Below are positions 9,539-18,880 of a stretch of DNA of 64,000 bases, piece after piece. The stretch spans positions 566-64,565 of the forward strand of contig JAISZG010000027.1 of NCBI GenBank assembly GCA_031269355.1, given 5' to 3'. Position 1 is the stretch's first letter. The number at the start of each line of letters is the position of its first letter. The notes beneath the pieces were generated by a model, which was given only the letters and a program-made list of their open reading frames with translations, ran no database searches and had not been told where the DNA came from. This DNA is from Oscillospiraceae bacterium. Lineage in GTDB: Bacteria; Bacillota; Clostridia; Christensenellales; Aristaeellaceae. The translations under genes were made by a program, and so were the position numbers.

Positions 9539-11107
9539 TTATTTCTGGGATGCGTAACGCTCATACATGGCGTTATATATGGTCATATATTGATCGACGC
9601 CCATTCTGTCAAACTCCGCGACATAGTTGTCCCAATCGCTGAGCGGCCTTCCTCCCGTGATGAACAGCGCGACCATTTCATCGATATAGGATTTGATGTC
9701 CGTCCAAACCTCGGCCATCGCCTCGTTTTCTTCAAACGTCGGATTGAAGGATTCCCAAATCTCTTCATTCAGATAAGGTCTATATTGTTCCATCAGTTCC
9801 GTGGCCGTCCAATAGGTTTCGGCGCCTTGATAATACTGATCGGAATATATAACCGCGCCTCCCTGGTAGCCCATGTAGTTGACGCGAACCTGCGTTAACG
9901 TTAACCCTTCGGGGTTGTTGATCATCAAGTCGGTGAATCGAACCGTTCCGTCTTCATTCTTAACGTATGTCAGCCCCTCGATGCCCATGTTTGACATCAG
10001 CTGGCCGTCCGCGCCATACCAATAATCCGCCCATTTCACCAATTCTTCCACATAGGGAGTTTTCGCATTTATTACAAACGAGCCTTGATTGGTCACCATG
10101 GCGCTAGTGCGCGTGTACGCTTTCTCGCCATAGTAATTCGTCATAACTGGAATGCAGCGGAATATCTCCTGCATAACCGAGCCAGTGTTTGTGACATAGT
10201 CGCCATGCGCTCCAACCAGGTTAGCGGATGTTTTCGCTACGATCTCGCGGGAAGTTTTATTCTCGAACGTCTGCGGATCGAGGAGCTTTTCGGAATAGAG
10301 CATATTCGCCCATGTCAGCAAATCCTTAAACTGAGTTGAGGTTGGAATGAAGCGCAGCGTTTCGTTTTCGTAATCCCAATCCACATAGCGGTGGCCGACG
10401 CCGCGGTTGCCAAGCCCGAAAAACGTATACAGTATCGGCAGAAAATGGCCGTCGTTATAGCGCACGATGAATGGGATTTCGTCGTTCGGATCGCCGTTTT
10501 CGTTGGCGTCGTTATCTCTGAACGCGCGGAGAACGTCTGTGAATTCATCTATCGATTCGGGAACCTCTTTGCCTACCGCCTTAAGCCAATCGGGGTTGAC
10601 GAACAGTTTATTTGTGCGCATGTTATCGCCTATATTCATGTTCGGCAATCCGTAGATATGTCCGTCCGCCATCGTAATCGCGCCGCGCACGGATGGGTTT
10701 TCATCGATTATGTTTTGGAAATTATACGCGCTGCTCGCGATATATGGATCGAGCTGGGCAAACACGCCCATCGCGCCGTATCGAACTAAATTGGCTGTGG
10801 ATATGCCCATCGCCCAGAACATATCCGGCAGGTCGTTCGAAGCCATAACTACGCTGAAACGCTCCTCGTAGGTTGCGGTCGGAACGTTTTCCCATTCAAT
10901 ATGAATGTTTGTCATTTTCTCGTATTCCTGCCACGCCGCCATCGTATTGTGATCTCCGCCCTGAGGCGATTGCAGCCCCATCGCCTTTATGGTTATAGGC
11001 TCCTCCACAAGCGGAAACGACCACGGCTGGGCGGTGTTCGCGCTTGCGAATGAAGCGAGCGCGCATAACAGAGTCAGGGTTAGCAGTGCGGAAAACATTC
11101 TTTTCAC
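9539..11107 (-). CDS. Extracellular solute-binding lipoprotein of a carbohydrate ABC transporter (LplA-like)
   Basis: 522 aa with a signal peptide (LTLLCALASFASA). Size and neighbouring LplB/LplC-type permeases fit. GTG start lies 9 nt after AAGGAG. Confidence 0.8.
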   Translation of the reverse strand: MKRMFSALLTLTLLCALASFASANTAQPWSFPLVEEPITIKAMGLQSPQGGDHNTMAAWQEYEKMTNIHIEWENVPTATYEERFSVVMASNDLPDMFWAMGISTANLVRYGAMGVFAQLDPYIASSAYNFQNIIDENPSVRGAITMADGHIYGLPNMNIGDNMRTNKLFVNPDWLKAVGKEVPESIDEFTDVLRAFRDNDANENGDPNDEIPFIVRYNDGHFLPILYTFFGLGNRGVGHRYVDWDYENETLRFIPTSTQFKDLLTWANMLYSEKLLDPQTFENKTSREIVAKTSANLVGAHGDYVTNTGSVMQEIFRCIPVMTNYYGEKAYTRTSAMVTNQGSFVINAKTPYVEELVKWADYWYGADGQLMSNMGIEGLTYVKNEDGTVRFTDLMINNPEGLTLTQVRVNYMGYQGGAVIYSDQYYQGAETYWTATELMEQYRPYLNEEIWESFNPTFEENEAMAEVWTDIKSYIDEMVALFITGGRPLSDWDNYVAEFDRMGVDQYMTIYNAMYERYASQK

Positions 11108-11182
11108 GAATTACATCTCCTTTATATTTTATTCCGAGTTTGCCGCGCGATTGCGTGGAAAAACTGTTTGCGCCTCCCTTCC

Positions 11183-12118
11183 TCAACCCTTAACCGCGCC
11201 GACCATTATTCCCTTCACAAAATAACGCTGAAAGAATGGATACAGCATAACCATCGGCAAGCTTGAAACGACTATTATAGCATATCGAATTCCCTCCGCT
11301 ACGGCGAAATAGTCCTCGCCCAGCATCGAATTGCTGTTGCTTATGGTTTCATTAATTTCGTTTGATACGAGTATATCCCGAAGCACAACCTGCAGCGGAT
11401 GAAGCGGCTTATCCGTAAGGTATATCAACGCGTTGAAGTATTCGTTCCAGTGGCTTACGCTATAGAATATAGCCATTACTGCTATGATGGGCATTGAAAG
11501 CGGAACGACGACGCGCGCGAGCGTTCCGATATGGGTCGCCCCGTCGATGCAAGCGGCCTCCTTCAACTCCCTGGGTATCGTCACCTGAAACGTGTTTTTC
11601 ATTATGAGGAAGTTTGTGACGCTGATCGCGTTCGGAAGCACGATCGCCCATATGGTGTTTACCATGTTCATCCGCTGAACCACCAAGTATGTCGGAATCA
11701 ATCCGCCGCTGAAAAGCATTGTGAATAGAATTAGCTGCGTGATTATTTTTCGCCCCGGCATCGATTCCTCGACCAGCGCGTAAGCGCCGGTAGTGGTAAG
11801 CAGAAGATTGATAGCGGTGCCCAATACGGTATATATTATCGTATTATAAAAACCAAGCGTCAGCCGATTCTCCGAGAATACCTTCGCGTACGACATAACG
11901 GTAGGCCGTATGGGCAGTAAAACCACCCGGCCCTGCATTACCGCCATAGGGCTTGAAATTGAGCAGCTCACCACATAAATAAGCGGATATATTGTTATAA
12001 GCAATATGATAAGCAATATCGCGTACACCACGGCGCTGATAACGCGATCCTCTTTGGATTTTATTCCTCGGAAAATCGTATCGCCGCGCGCTTTTTTAGC
12101 AAAGCCTTCGCCGTTCAT
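11183..12118 (-). CDS. Carbohydrate ABC transporter permease (LplC/MalG-like)
   Basis: Six-TM pattern and EAA-loop-like ELKEAACIDGATHIGTLARVVVPL. Confidence 0.85.
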   Translation of the reverse strand: MNGEGFAKKARGDTIFRGIKSKEDRVISAVVYAILLIILLITIYPLIYVVSCSISSPMAVMQGRVVLLPIRPTVMSYAKVFSENRLTLGFYNTIIYTVLGTAINLLLTTTGAYALVEESMPGRKIITQLILFTMLFSGGLIPTYLVVQRMNMVNTIWAIVLPNAISVTNFLIMKNTFQVTIPRELKEAACIDGATHIGTLARVVVPLSMPIIAVMAIFYSVSHWNEYFNALIYLTDKPLHPLQVVLRDILVSNEINETISNSNSMLGEDYFAVAEGIRYAIIVVSSLPMVMLYPFFQRYFVKGIMVGAVKG

Positions 12119-12133
12119 CGCTCTTCCTCCCGC

Positions 12134-13099
12134 TCACCATAAGCTGGTGCTGCTCACCTTGCCTGAGAGAGTGTTTACGCACAGTATCAGCACGGTATTG
12201 ATTACAGAGTTAAACAGCCCCACCGCCGTCGCGTAACTGTATTGTCCGTTGCGCAGACCGGCCTGATAAACATATGTTGTAATAACATCGGAAGAGGCGA
12301 TGTTCAGCGGATTTTGCATAAGAAGAACCTTCTCATAGCCTATGTTCATCACCTTGCCGCAGTTGAGAATCAGAAGCGTTATCATTGTGGGCGCGATAGA
12401 GGGCAGCGTAATGTGAAGGATGGATTTCAGCCTGCCCGCCCCGTCAACCCTGGCGGCTTCATACAGGTGCACGTCCACGGTGGACAGCGCGGCCATATAT
12501 ATCACCGCGTTCCAGCCGGATTCCTGCCATATGCTGGACAATATGTACAGCGGCTTGAACCACTGCTGTGAAGACATAAAGGCGATAGGTTCATTCACCA
12601 CCCCCATGTTCAGCAGAGCGGTATTTATGATGCCGTACCTCTGATTCGTAAGCGAGCTTAGCAGCCCCACCACCACGACGGTGGACAAAAAGTGCGGCGC
12701 GTACGTGATAGTTTGGGCGAAGCGTTTGACCGCCTTCGAGTGCACCTCGTTCAGCGTAAGCGCGATAAGAATCGGAACCGGGAACGAAAGAATCAGCGTG
12801 CCGAAGCTAAGCGTTAATGTGTTAATAATTATACGCTTAGCATAATAACTATTGAAAAACCGAACTACGTGCTTAAGTCCTACCCACGGACTGCCCCAAT
12901 AGCCCAGCGGCGGAAAGTAATCGCGGAAAGCCAGCTGAACTCCCACCATCGGCAGGTACCTGAAAACGACGAAGTACGCAAGCGTTGGCAGCAGCAATAC
13001 ATACAGCTGATAATTGCGCGCGCACCAACGCGCCCGGCGATGGAAACCGCCGCCGCGCGATTGGCGGAAGCCGTCGCGCACTGCGCCGTCGCCCGTCAT
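12134..13099 (-). CDS. Carbohydrate ABC transporter permease (LplB/MalF-like)
   Basis: EAA-loop-like LYEAARVDGAGRLKSILHITLP; GGAGG RBS 8 nt upstream. Confidence 0.85.
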   Translation of the reverse strand: MTGDGAVRDGFRQSRGGGFHRRARWCARNYQLYVLLLPTLAYFVVFRYLPMVGVQLAFRDYFPPLGYWGSPWVGLKHVVRFFNSYYAKRIIINTLTLSFGTLILSFPVPILIALTLNEVHSKAVKRFAQTITYAPHFLSTVVVVGLLSSLTNQRYGIINTALLNMGVVNEPIAFMSSQQWFKPLYILSSIWQESGWNAVIYMAALSTVDVHLYEAARVDGAGRLKSILHITLPSIAPTMITLLILNCGKVMNIGYEKVLLMQNPLNIASSDVITTYVYQAGLRNGQYSYATAVGLFNSVINTVLILCVNTLSGKVSSTSLW

Positions 13100-13153
13100 A
13101 CGCTTCCCCTCCTTGGATGGGGACTCTGCCCCGACGCTCCCCGTAACATCGCG

Positions 13154-14323
13154 TTACAGCTTGTACAAACGGACGGCGTTTTTGTAGAGCAGCTGCTCGG
13201 CCGTTTCCAAAGCCTGCGGTTTGGACAGCAGGTTGGTGTTCACAGCTTTTTCCAGCACATATTCCAGGGACGATTTGGCTATCTTGGAAGCCATCCACAC
13301 CATTTCGGGATGATGGTGCTGGCCTGTTCCGAACATCAGTTTATCGTGCGGACAAATGCCCAGCGCCTCTTCTATGCTGCGGCTGAAGCTGAGCGACGTC
13401 CACGGAAGAGTCCAGCTCAGATCGATCCACACGTTGGGGAAGCTGTGGGTAAGTAGCGCGGCATGCTCGATATCGGGATAGTTCGCGTGCAGGAACACGA
13501 TGTTCGCGCGATAGAACCGATCGTCCTGCAGAAACGGCACGATGGTGTACGGGTCGCAGTTGCCGATCAGGCCGTTGCCGGGGTTGCCCGTGCATCCGGT
13601 ATGTATATGAATCGGGAAATTCAGTTCCTGCGTCAGTATTAGCGCGTGGGCGAATATCGCGAGATAAACATCCTCCAGCGCTATCGCGTCTCCCGCCTTA
13701 GCGGCCGCGTACAGGCTCGCGGCCCGCGCGTCGTCTACCTTATGAGGATGCTGCGTCAGCCGCTCGAACACGTGGCACTTCACTCCGGCAAAGCCTTGCG
13801 CCAGCGCATGGCGCACCTCCGCGTCGAACGCATCCTTTAGTTCTTCAAAGCCGCCGCACTTCGCGAACAGCTCATCAAACTTTGGATCCATCTGGAAAAG
13901 CCTCAGTATGCGCGCGGGGAAGCAGTTCAGCGAATCGTCGCCCCAGGGCACGCCGCTGTCCACCATTTCCGCCAGCACGTTCGCTTCCTTATATAACTCC
14001 GACGCGTAGCCGAACATATCGACGGAGGATCGCTTATTGCGCTCGGCTGCCACAGCTTCAAGCGTGGGCTCGCAGCCGAATTTCTGGGAAAGAAGGTGTA
14101 TCAGCGTTTTGGCGGCGCCGGTATTCCGCACATGCTGGGCATATTGCGGGCTGCACCATTGTTTCCCGCGCGAGCCTTCCATCTTGTGGCCTTGCGCGTC
14201 TGGGATATCTCCATAGCCGTGGATGAACGCCAGCACAAGGTCAAGCGGTTCAAGCACATGGTTCTGCGTTTGGATGTTGTGCGTGTGGTTGTCGAAAAAC
14301 GGCAGATGCTCGAAAGAAAACAT
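13154..14323 (-). CDS. Amidohydrolase-superfamily metal-dependent hydrolase
   Basis: N-terminal FFDNHTHN (HxH metal motif) and TIM-barrel hydrolase-like length. ATG at 14323 lies 6 nt after GGAGG. Confidence 0.6.
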   Translation of the reverse strand: MFSFEHLPFFDNHTHNIQTQNHVLEPLDLVLAFIHGYGDIPDAQGHKMEGSRGKQWCSPQYAQHVRNTGAAKTLIHLLSQKFGCEPTLEAVAAERNKRSSVDMFGYASELYKEANVLAEMVDSGVPWGDDSLNCFPARILRLFQMDPKFDELFAKCGGFEELKDAFDAEVRHALAQGFAGVKCHVFERLTQHPHKVDDARAASLYAAAKAGDAIALEDVYLAIFAHALILTQELNFPIHIHTGCTGNPGNGLIGNCDPYTIVPFLQDDRFYRANIVFLHANYPDIEHAALLTHSFPNVWIDLSWTLPWTSLSFSRSIEEALGICPHDKLMFGTGQHHHPEMVWMASKIAKSSLEYVLEKAVNTNLLSKPQALETAEQLLYKNAVRLYKL

Positions 14324-14353
14324 AAATACCTCCATGTCGTCGCGTGATATTAT

Positions 14354-14656
14354 TCAGCCCGCGGTTTTTGCCGCGATACTTTCCGCCGCAGCCTTTCGCC
14401 CGCCGGGAAAACGCCGGTAATAGAAATACAAAGCCAGATCGGCGGATACGTTTATCAAATTAAAAAGATATATAGCGAGTACGAAATCGCGGGAATACAG
14501 CAGCTTGTGTATAGTACCCGCGATATATCCTATCCATATAAAGAACGTAAAAACGAGGCTCTTTCCCGCCGTACTTTTTGTTTTCCAAATTTTAAAAACT
14601 GAAACTGGCCAGGAGAATCCAAAACAGCACAACATTGTCAGTTCAAATATACTCAT
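14354..14656 (-). CDS. Small 3-TM membrane protein, PQ-loop/SemiSWEET-like
   Basis: 100 aa. WPVSVFKIWKTKSTAGKSL resembles the PQ-loop K-x-K-S-T-x-G-x-S motif, although the Q is replaced. GAGGTG RBS. Confidence 0.45.
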   Translation of the reverse strand: MSIFELTMLCCFGFSWPVSVFKIWKTKSTAGKSLVFTFFIWIGYIAGTIHKLLYSRDFVLAIYLFNLINVSADLALYFYYRRFPGGRKAAAESIAAKTAG

Positions 14657-14836
14657 TCCGACGGCACCTCGTTACGCAAACTTCAGGTTGACATTATGAC
14701 CTTATGTCCTTACATTATACACGTTAAACATAAAAATGCAAGCTTTATTTTTCTCGTATACATTTGCATAAAAGCGCGCAGCTGAAATTTTGCAGCTGGG
14801 CCTGATCGGCCAGCCGTACGGGAGTGCGTTCGTCGA

Positions 14837-14865
14837 TTGACACATTCCAGCAATTGGGCTATCCT
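14837..14865 (+). promoter_or_regulatory. Sigma-A-type promoter candidate for the EIIC-like gene
   Basis: TTGACA (14837-14842), 17-nt spacer, TATCCT (14860-14865). A second TTGACA-17-TACATT lies at 14688-14716. Confidence 0.45.
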
Positions 14866-14898
14866 TATATCGTTTTAAATAGAATGGGAGTGATTCGT

Positions 14899-15987
14899 AT
14901 GCCCGAAACGCAACGCGCTCAAACGCCGCCGCCGAATGAAATCAAACGCGCCAGTTTGTGGGGGCGCGCGTGGAAGCGCTATGGAATCGACGCGTTGAGC
15001 GCGATGGCGCTGGGGCTCTTCTCGTCGCTGATTATCGGCTTGATCCTTCAGCAAATCGGCAGAATACCGGGTTTATCCATGATAGCCGATTTCGCAAAAA
15101 CCGCGCAGTCCGCGCCCGTAGTCGGAGCCGCGATCGGCGTGGCCGTCGCGTGGAGCATGAAGGTGCCGCCGCTCGCGATGTTCTCGAACGCCGCAGTGGG
15201 CGCGGTCGGGTATGCGCTCGGCCAGCCGCTGGGCTGCTTCATAAGCTCTGTGGTCGGCGCGGAGCTTGGGCGGCTTGTCGCCGGGCGCACAAAGGTAGAT
15301 ATTATAGTAGTGCCGAGCGTTACGATATTGGCGGGCGGCTTAACCGCCATGGCGACCGCGCCGGCGGTGCTGTCCGTTATAAACGCGTTGCGCGGCTTTA
15401 TCGATACCGCCATGCTGTTGCAGCCTATTCCGATGGGAATCATTCTATCCGTAGTGGTGGGGCTGGTGCTGACCGCGCCCATTTCATCCGCCGCGCTGTG
15501 CGCGATGGTGTTCGCGGTGGCTGAAGGCGAGTCGCTTACGATCGGCCTGCAGCTTGCGGCGGGCGCCGCGACCGTCGGCTGCTGCGCGCAGATGATCGGC
15601 TTCGCTGTGTCGAGCTACCGCGACAACGGCGTCTCGGGGCTTATAGCGCAGGGGCTTGGCACATCCATGCTGCAGGTGCCAAACATACTAAGGCGCCCGG
15701 CGATACTGATTCCCCCGACGCTCGCCGCCGCGATTTTAGGCCCGCTCGCCGCGACGATATTCGACATGCGCAACGCCGGCGCGGCTGCCGGCATGGGCAC
15801 GTCCGGGCTGGTGGGGCAGATCGGCACGTGGAGCGCGATGATCGGCGAGAGCGCGCCATGGCCGCTGCTGCTGAAAATTATCGCGCTGCACTTTATACTG
15901 CCCGCCGCGCTGTCGCTCGCGTTCAGCGAAGGTCTGCGAAAAATCGGCTGGATTCGCCCTGGCGACCAGAAACTGACAGTGCGCTAG
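14899..15987 (+). CDS. Polytopic membrane protein, PTS EIIC-like (PTS_EIIC_2-type by recollection)
   Basis: About 10 hydrophobic segments; Gly/Ala-rich. GGGAG RBS 7 nt before the ATG at 14899. Confidence 0.5.
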   Translation: MPETQRAQTPPPNEIKRASLWGRAWKRYGIDALSAMALGLFSSLIIGLILQQIGRIPGLSMIADFAKTAQSAPVVGAAIGVAVAWSMKVPPLAMFSNAAVGAVGYALGQPLGCFISSVVGAELGRLVAGRTKVDIIVVPSVTILAGGLTAMATAPAVLSVINALRGFIDTAMLLQPIPMGIILSVVVGLVLTAPISSAALCAMVFAVAEGESLTIGLQLAAGAATVGCCAQMIGFAVSSYRDNGVSGLIAQGLGTSMLQVPNILRRPAILIPPTLAAAILGPLAATIFDMRNAGAAAGMGTSGLVGQIGTWSAMIGESAPWPLLLKIIALHFILPAALSLAFSEGLRKIGWIRPGDQKLTVR

Positions 15988-16028
15988 ACAAGCGCATATC
16001 GACGAAATTTGCCGATGCTTGGAGCCTT

Positions 16029-16406
16029 ATGTTTTATCAAAAGGATTATATACTGCGCCAGATAGAAACTACCATAAGCGCGCTCGCGCGCATAATATTC
16101 GGCAAGGAAGAGCCTGGGATTATCAGCCTTGATGAGGATCGAGCGGGAGCGGGCGATCCGCTGCTCGAGGAGCTGGGCAGGCTGCTCGAGCGCGGGAATG
16201 TGAACGAAGCCGAGCAGGCGCTGTTCGACGCGCTCGAGCTGCGCGCCGATCCGCCAAACCGCGCGCAGCTTCTGATCGCCCTAAAGTTTTACGATCGGCT
16301 CAATCGCTGGACGGACGCCGCGCTGTCCGCCGCCGGTTACGATCGATCGGAGATACGCGAGGGTCTGGCGGAGATAGCGCGGCTATATGGAGTCGATATA
16401 ATATAA
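16029..16406 (+). CDS. Hypothetical helical protein (125 aa)
   Basis: Start MFYQKDYILRQIE with GGAG 5 nt upstream. The longer track ORF (15828) overlaps the EIIC-like gene and looks like junk. Confidence 0.55.
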   Translation: MFYQKDYILRQIETTISALARIIFGKEEPGIISLDEDRAGAGDPLLEELGRLLERGNVNEAEQALFDALELRADPPNRAQLLIALKFYDRLNRWTDAALSAAGYDRSEIREGLAEIARLYGVDII

Positions 16407-16441
16407 CATATTATATAACAAACGAGAAGGGCGTGAGCAGC

Positions 16442-17005
16442 ATGAAGTTTCTTATAATCAGCGGGAATCCGAAATCCGACGGACTATGCCGCTCCATCGA
16501 GGAGGAGCTAGCGCGCGGCGCGCGGGACGGCGGCGCCGACGTGGACGCGCTGGATACCAATTCGTACCTGCGCTGCCAGGTTTGCGGGGATGGCTGGGGC
16601 ACGTGCCGCGAGCGGCATGAATGCGTGCTCGCGCCAAAGGACGGCTTCGACAAGGCGCAGGCCGCTATTAAGGAAGCGGACGCGCTGTGCGTCGTCACTC
16701 CCGTATACTGGGGCGAAATGGCCGAGGGGCTGAAGTCGTTCCTCGACAGATTCCGCCGCTGCGAATTTATTCACGGAGTACTCGCCGGGAAACCCGTGCT
16801 GCTGGTCGCGTCGCCGGGCGGTTCCGGCAACGGGCTGCTTACATGCCTTGAACAGATGGATAGATTCTGCCGCCACACCGGCGCGGTGATATTTGATTAC
16901 ATAGGCGTGAACAGGTGGAACCAGGATTACAAGCGCGCGGCGGCGTACGCGGCGGCCAAGGCGCTGGCCGAAGGCCGGAAAGCGGGAGAGACCTACGATG
17001 GTTAG
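16442..17005 (+). CDS. Flavodoxin-like NAD(P)H-dependent FMN reductase / iron-sulfur flavoprotein family
   Basis: MKFLIISGNPKSDGLC ... VVTPVYWGEMAEGLKSFLDR pattern and a Cys cluster CQVCGDGWGTC. Confidence 0.7.
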   Translation: MKFLIISGNPKSDGLCRSIEEELARGARDGGADVDALDTNSYLRCQVCGDGWGTCRERHECVLAPKDGFDKAQAAIKEADALCVVTPVYWGEMAEGLKSFLDRFRRCEFIHGVLAGKPVLLVASPGGSGNGLLTCLEQMDRFCRHTGAVIFDYIGVNRWNQDYKRAAAYAAAKALAEGRKAGETYDG

Positions 17006-17146
17006 GGCGGGTCGCTACGCCCTATCTGCGCTGCACCGCTTGATTTTTATGTAAAATTTGACTTTCCCGTATACGAATCACAGAACAATAAAACGGTGAA
17101 TCTGTTTCCTTTCTTCCCTATGTTTGATATTTTTTTCAAATTCTTG

Positions 17147-17175
17147 TTGACAGAATGTGGCTGCAGTGTTATCAT
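17147..17175 (+). promoter_or_regulatory. Near-consensus sigma-A promoter
   Basis: TTGACA (17147-17152), 17-nt spacer, TATCAT (17170-17175). Confidence 0.7.
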
Positions 17176-17217
17176 ATGCATGAAACTTCACACAACATAT
17201 ATTCAGGAGGGGAAACA

Positions 17218-17814
17218 ATGAAAGTTTTTGAAAAGCCGGTAGTCGTTCTCAACGAAATGTTGATGAATGAATCCATTGCGTCCGCGTGCTGCTACGATCA
17301 AAAGACGGATGGTCTTGTGACTACGCTTATCCCACTCAATGGCGGAACGATCGTTAAGGATTATAGGAGTTTTAGTTTAAACCCGGTGGTTCTTAATCTT
17401 CTTGGTAGTTATGCCACTGCGCCGTCGAATCACTATAAGCTGTATATTCCTACTGCAACTGCCAAGATTTCTTATACACCAGGTGCAGTACCCGATTTGT
17501 CGAGCGGTTATGAAGTTAAAAATGTCATTCGTTTTGAAAACACTGGGACTGGTGGAGTTAAGGACGTATACTATGTAGACGGATCAAAAGCACCCGGACA
17601 GGCTTTTTTGAGTGAAGCTTGCTCAGATCTTTATGACTACAACGGTGGAGCTTATATTCAACTTTCGCAGTCTGGTTGCACTCACTCGGATGGCAACTGC
17701 CCGTGGATGTCAGAAACTAAACTCTCTCTCGCCCACGTTGGCGCCACCCTGCCTCACGCGCTGGGAATGCCGAACTGGTCGCAGCCGCACCTTGCTGGTC
17801 AGTACAATTCCTAA
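17218..17814 (+). CDS. Hypothetical 198-aa protein, no signal peptide, N-terminal MKVFEKPVVVLNE...SACC motif
   Basis: AGGAGGGG RBS 5-6 nt upstream with its own promoter and terminator. Visibly more AT-rich than its neighbours. I do not recognise a family. Confidence 0.7.
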   Translation: MKVFEKPVVVLNEMLMNESIASACCYDQKTDGLVTTLIPLNGGTIVKDYRSFSLNPVVLNLLGSYATAPSNHYKLYIPTATAKISYTPGAVPDLSSGYEVKNVIRFENTGTGGVKDVYYVDGSKAPGQAFLSEACSDLYDYNGGAYIQLSQSGCTHSDGNCPWMSETKLSLAHVGATLPHALGMPNWSQPHLAGQYNS

Positions 17815-17842
17815 TCTGGAATTGGACAAGCTTACAAAATGG

Positions 17843-17871
17843 ACAGGCTTCCGCAAGGAAGCCTGTTTTTT
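17843..17871 (+). terminator. Rho-independent terminator
   Basis: ACAGGCTTCC-GCAA-GGAAGCCTGT followed by TTTTTT. Confidence 0.9.
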
Positions 17872-18017
17872 AGTGTGGCGACGCCTTCTTTGGGGCTATG
17901 CAATACGAGATGAGCCGCTGCCTTCACCTGAACTGGCTTTCTCTTCTCTCTACGCTCGCAGGTATCGATCCGAACCATCTTTAATTCTCAAATTTGGAAT
18001 TGCTGCTCAACAGCGTA

Positions 18018-18046
18018 TTGACGTTGCATATACTACGTAGTACAAT
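18018..18046 (+). promoter_or_regulatory. Toxin-antitoxin promoter with an embedded perfect 12-bp palindrome (candidate operator)
   Basis: TTGACG (18018-18023), 17-nt spacer, TACAAT (18041-18046). TACTACGTAGTA at 18031-18042 is self-complementary. Confidence 0.7.
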
Positions 18047-18065
18047 AGGTGCGGAGGTGATTGCT

Positions 18066-18347
18066 GTGCAGTCAAATACGGTTAACATAAGTATGCGCAT
18101 GGACGCAAAGGTTAAAGAGCAGGCGGAGATGTTATTTTCCGAGCTTGGTTTGACTTTAACGGCGGCGGTAAATATGTTTTTGCGCCAAGCGGTGTATGAA
18201 GCGGGTTTGCCGTTCACGCCAAACCGGCGACCGAACGCCGCGACGCTGGCGGCTATCGAAGAATCCGAGCGGTTATTGAACGATCCCGGCGCGAAGAGAT
18301 TTTCCAACTACGATGAATTGATGGCGGATTTGAACGATGAAGTATGA
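18066..18347 (+). CDS. RelB/DinJ-family type II antitoxin
   Basis: VNISMRMDAKVKEQAEMLFSELGLTLTAAVNMFLRQAVYEAGLPF is a typical DinJ ribbon-helix-helix region. GTG start lies 8 nt after GGAGGTG. It overlaps the toxin gene by 11 nt. Confidence 0.85.
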   Translation: MQSNTVNISMRMDAKVKEQAEMLFSELGLTLTAAVNMFLRQAVYEAGLPFTPNRRPNAATLAAIEESERLLNDPGAKRFSNYDELMADLNDEV

Positions 18348-18591
18348 AGTCATACGGACGAGTATGTTCAAGTCCGATTATAAGCTCGCGAAAAAACGCG
18401 GAAAAGACATGCGCAGGATTAATGAGGCCATTCGCATTCTAGCATATGGCGATCAGCTTGACGCGTCATACAAGGCGCATCCGCTGAAAGGCGGTTATGC
18501 CGGGTACATTGAATGCCATATTCAGCCTGACTGGCTTATGATATACAGAATTCGGGATACTACGTGGACGTCGTATACGTCGACCAGCTGA
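18337..18591 (+). CDS. YafQ/RelE-family type II toxin with an atypical C-terminus (possibly truncated or inactive)
   Basis: FKSDYKLAKKRGKDM...HPLKGGYAGYIECHIQPDWLMIY matches YafQ. The expected C-terminal RTGSHSDLF-like segment is replaced by RIRDTTWTSYTSTS. Confidence 0.75.
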   Translation: MKYEVIRTSMFKSDYKLAKKRGKDMRRINEAIRILAYGDQLDASYKAHPLKGGYAGYIECHIQPDWLMIYRIRDTTWTSYTSTS

Positions 18592-18664
18592 TTTCGCCCT
18601 GCGCGATAGGTAGCCGACGCCTTCCTACTTGTGTATAATGATAGTAAAAGGGAGGTGGCCGGGT

Positions 18665-18880
18665 ATGGCTGAGGGAAGCGCGTTTGTGGCTTGGTGGACT
18701 ATAGGCTGCGTGCTCGCGGGAGCCATTCCTATCTCGGTGCTGCTGTGTCGTCGCGTTTGGCGCATGTACAAACCGATGCGCGAGATGATGAAGCATTACG
18801 CGAACGGCGACTACACATACAATTTCTTCAAAGAAGAGCGTGAAAAAGCCGAAAGGGCTAAGGGCGGCAAGCGAACCTGA
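18665..18880 (+). CDS. Small single-pass membrane protein (71 aa), hypothetical
   Basis: GGAGGTGG lies 9 nt before the ATG and TATAAT is at 18634-18639. One TM (FVAWWTIGCVLAGAIPISVLLC) and a basic C-terminal tail. Confidence 0.5.
   Translation: MAEGSAFVAWWTIGCVLAGAIPISVLLCRRVWRMYKPMREMMKHYANGDYTYNFFKEEREKAERAKGGKRT

Noticed and set aside
15828-16028. Upstream extension of the 192-aa ORF overlapping the EIIC-like gene
   Set aside because: It overlaps the EIIC-like coding end and has a junk-like sequence. The internal ATG at 16029 has a GGAG RBS.
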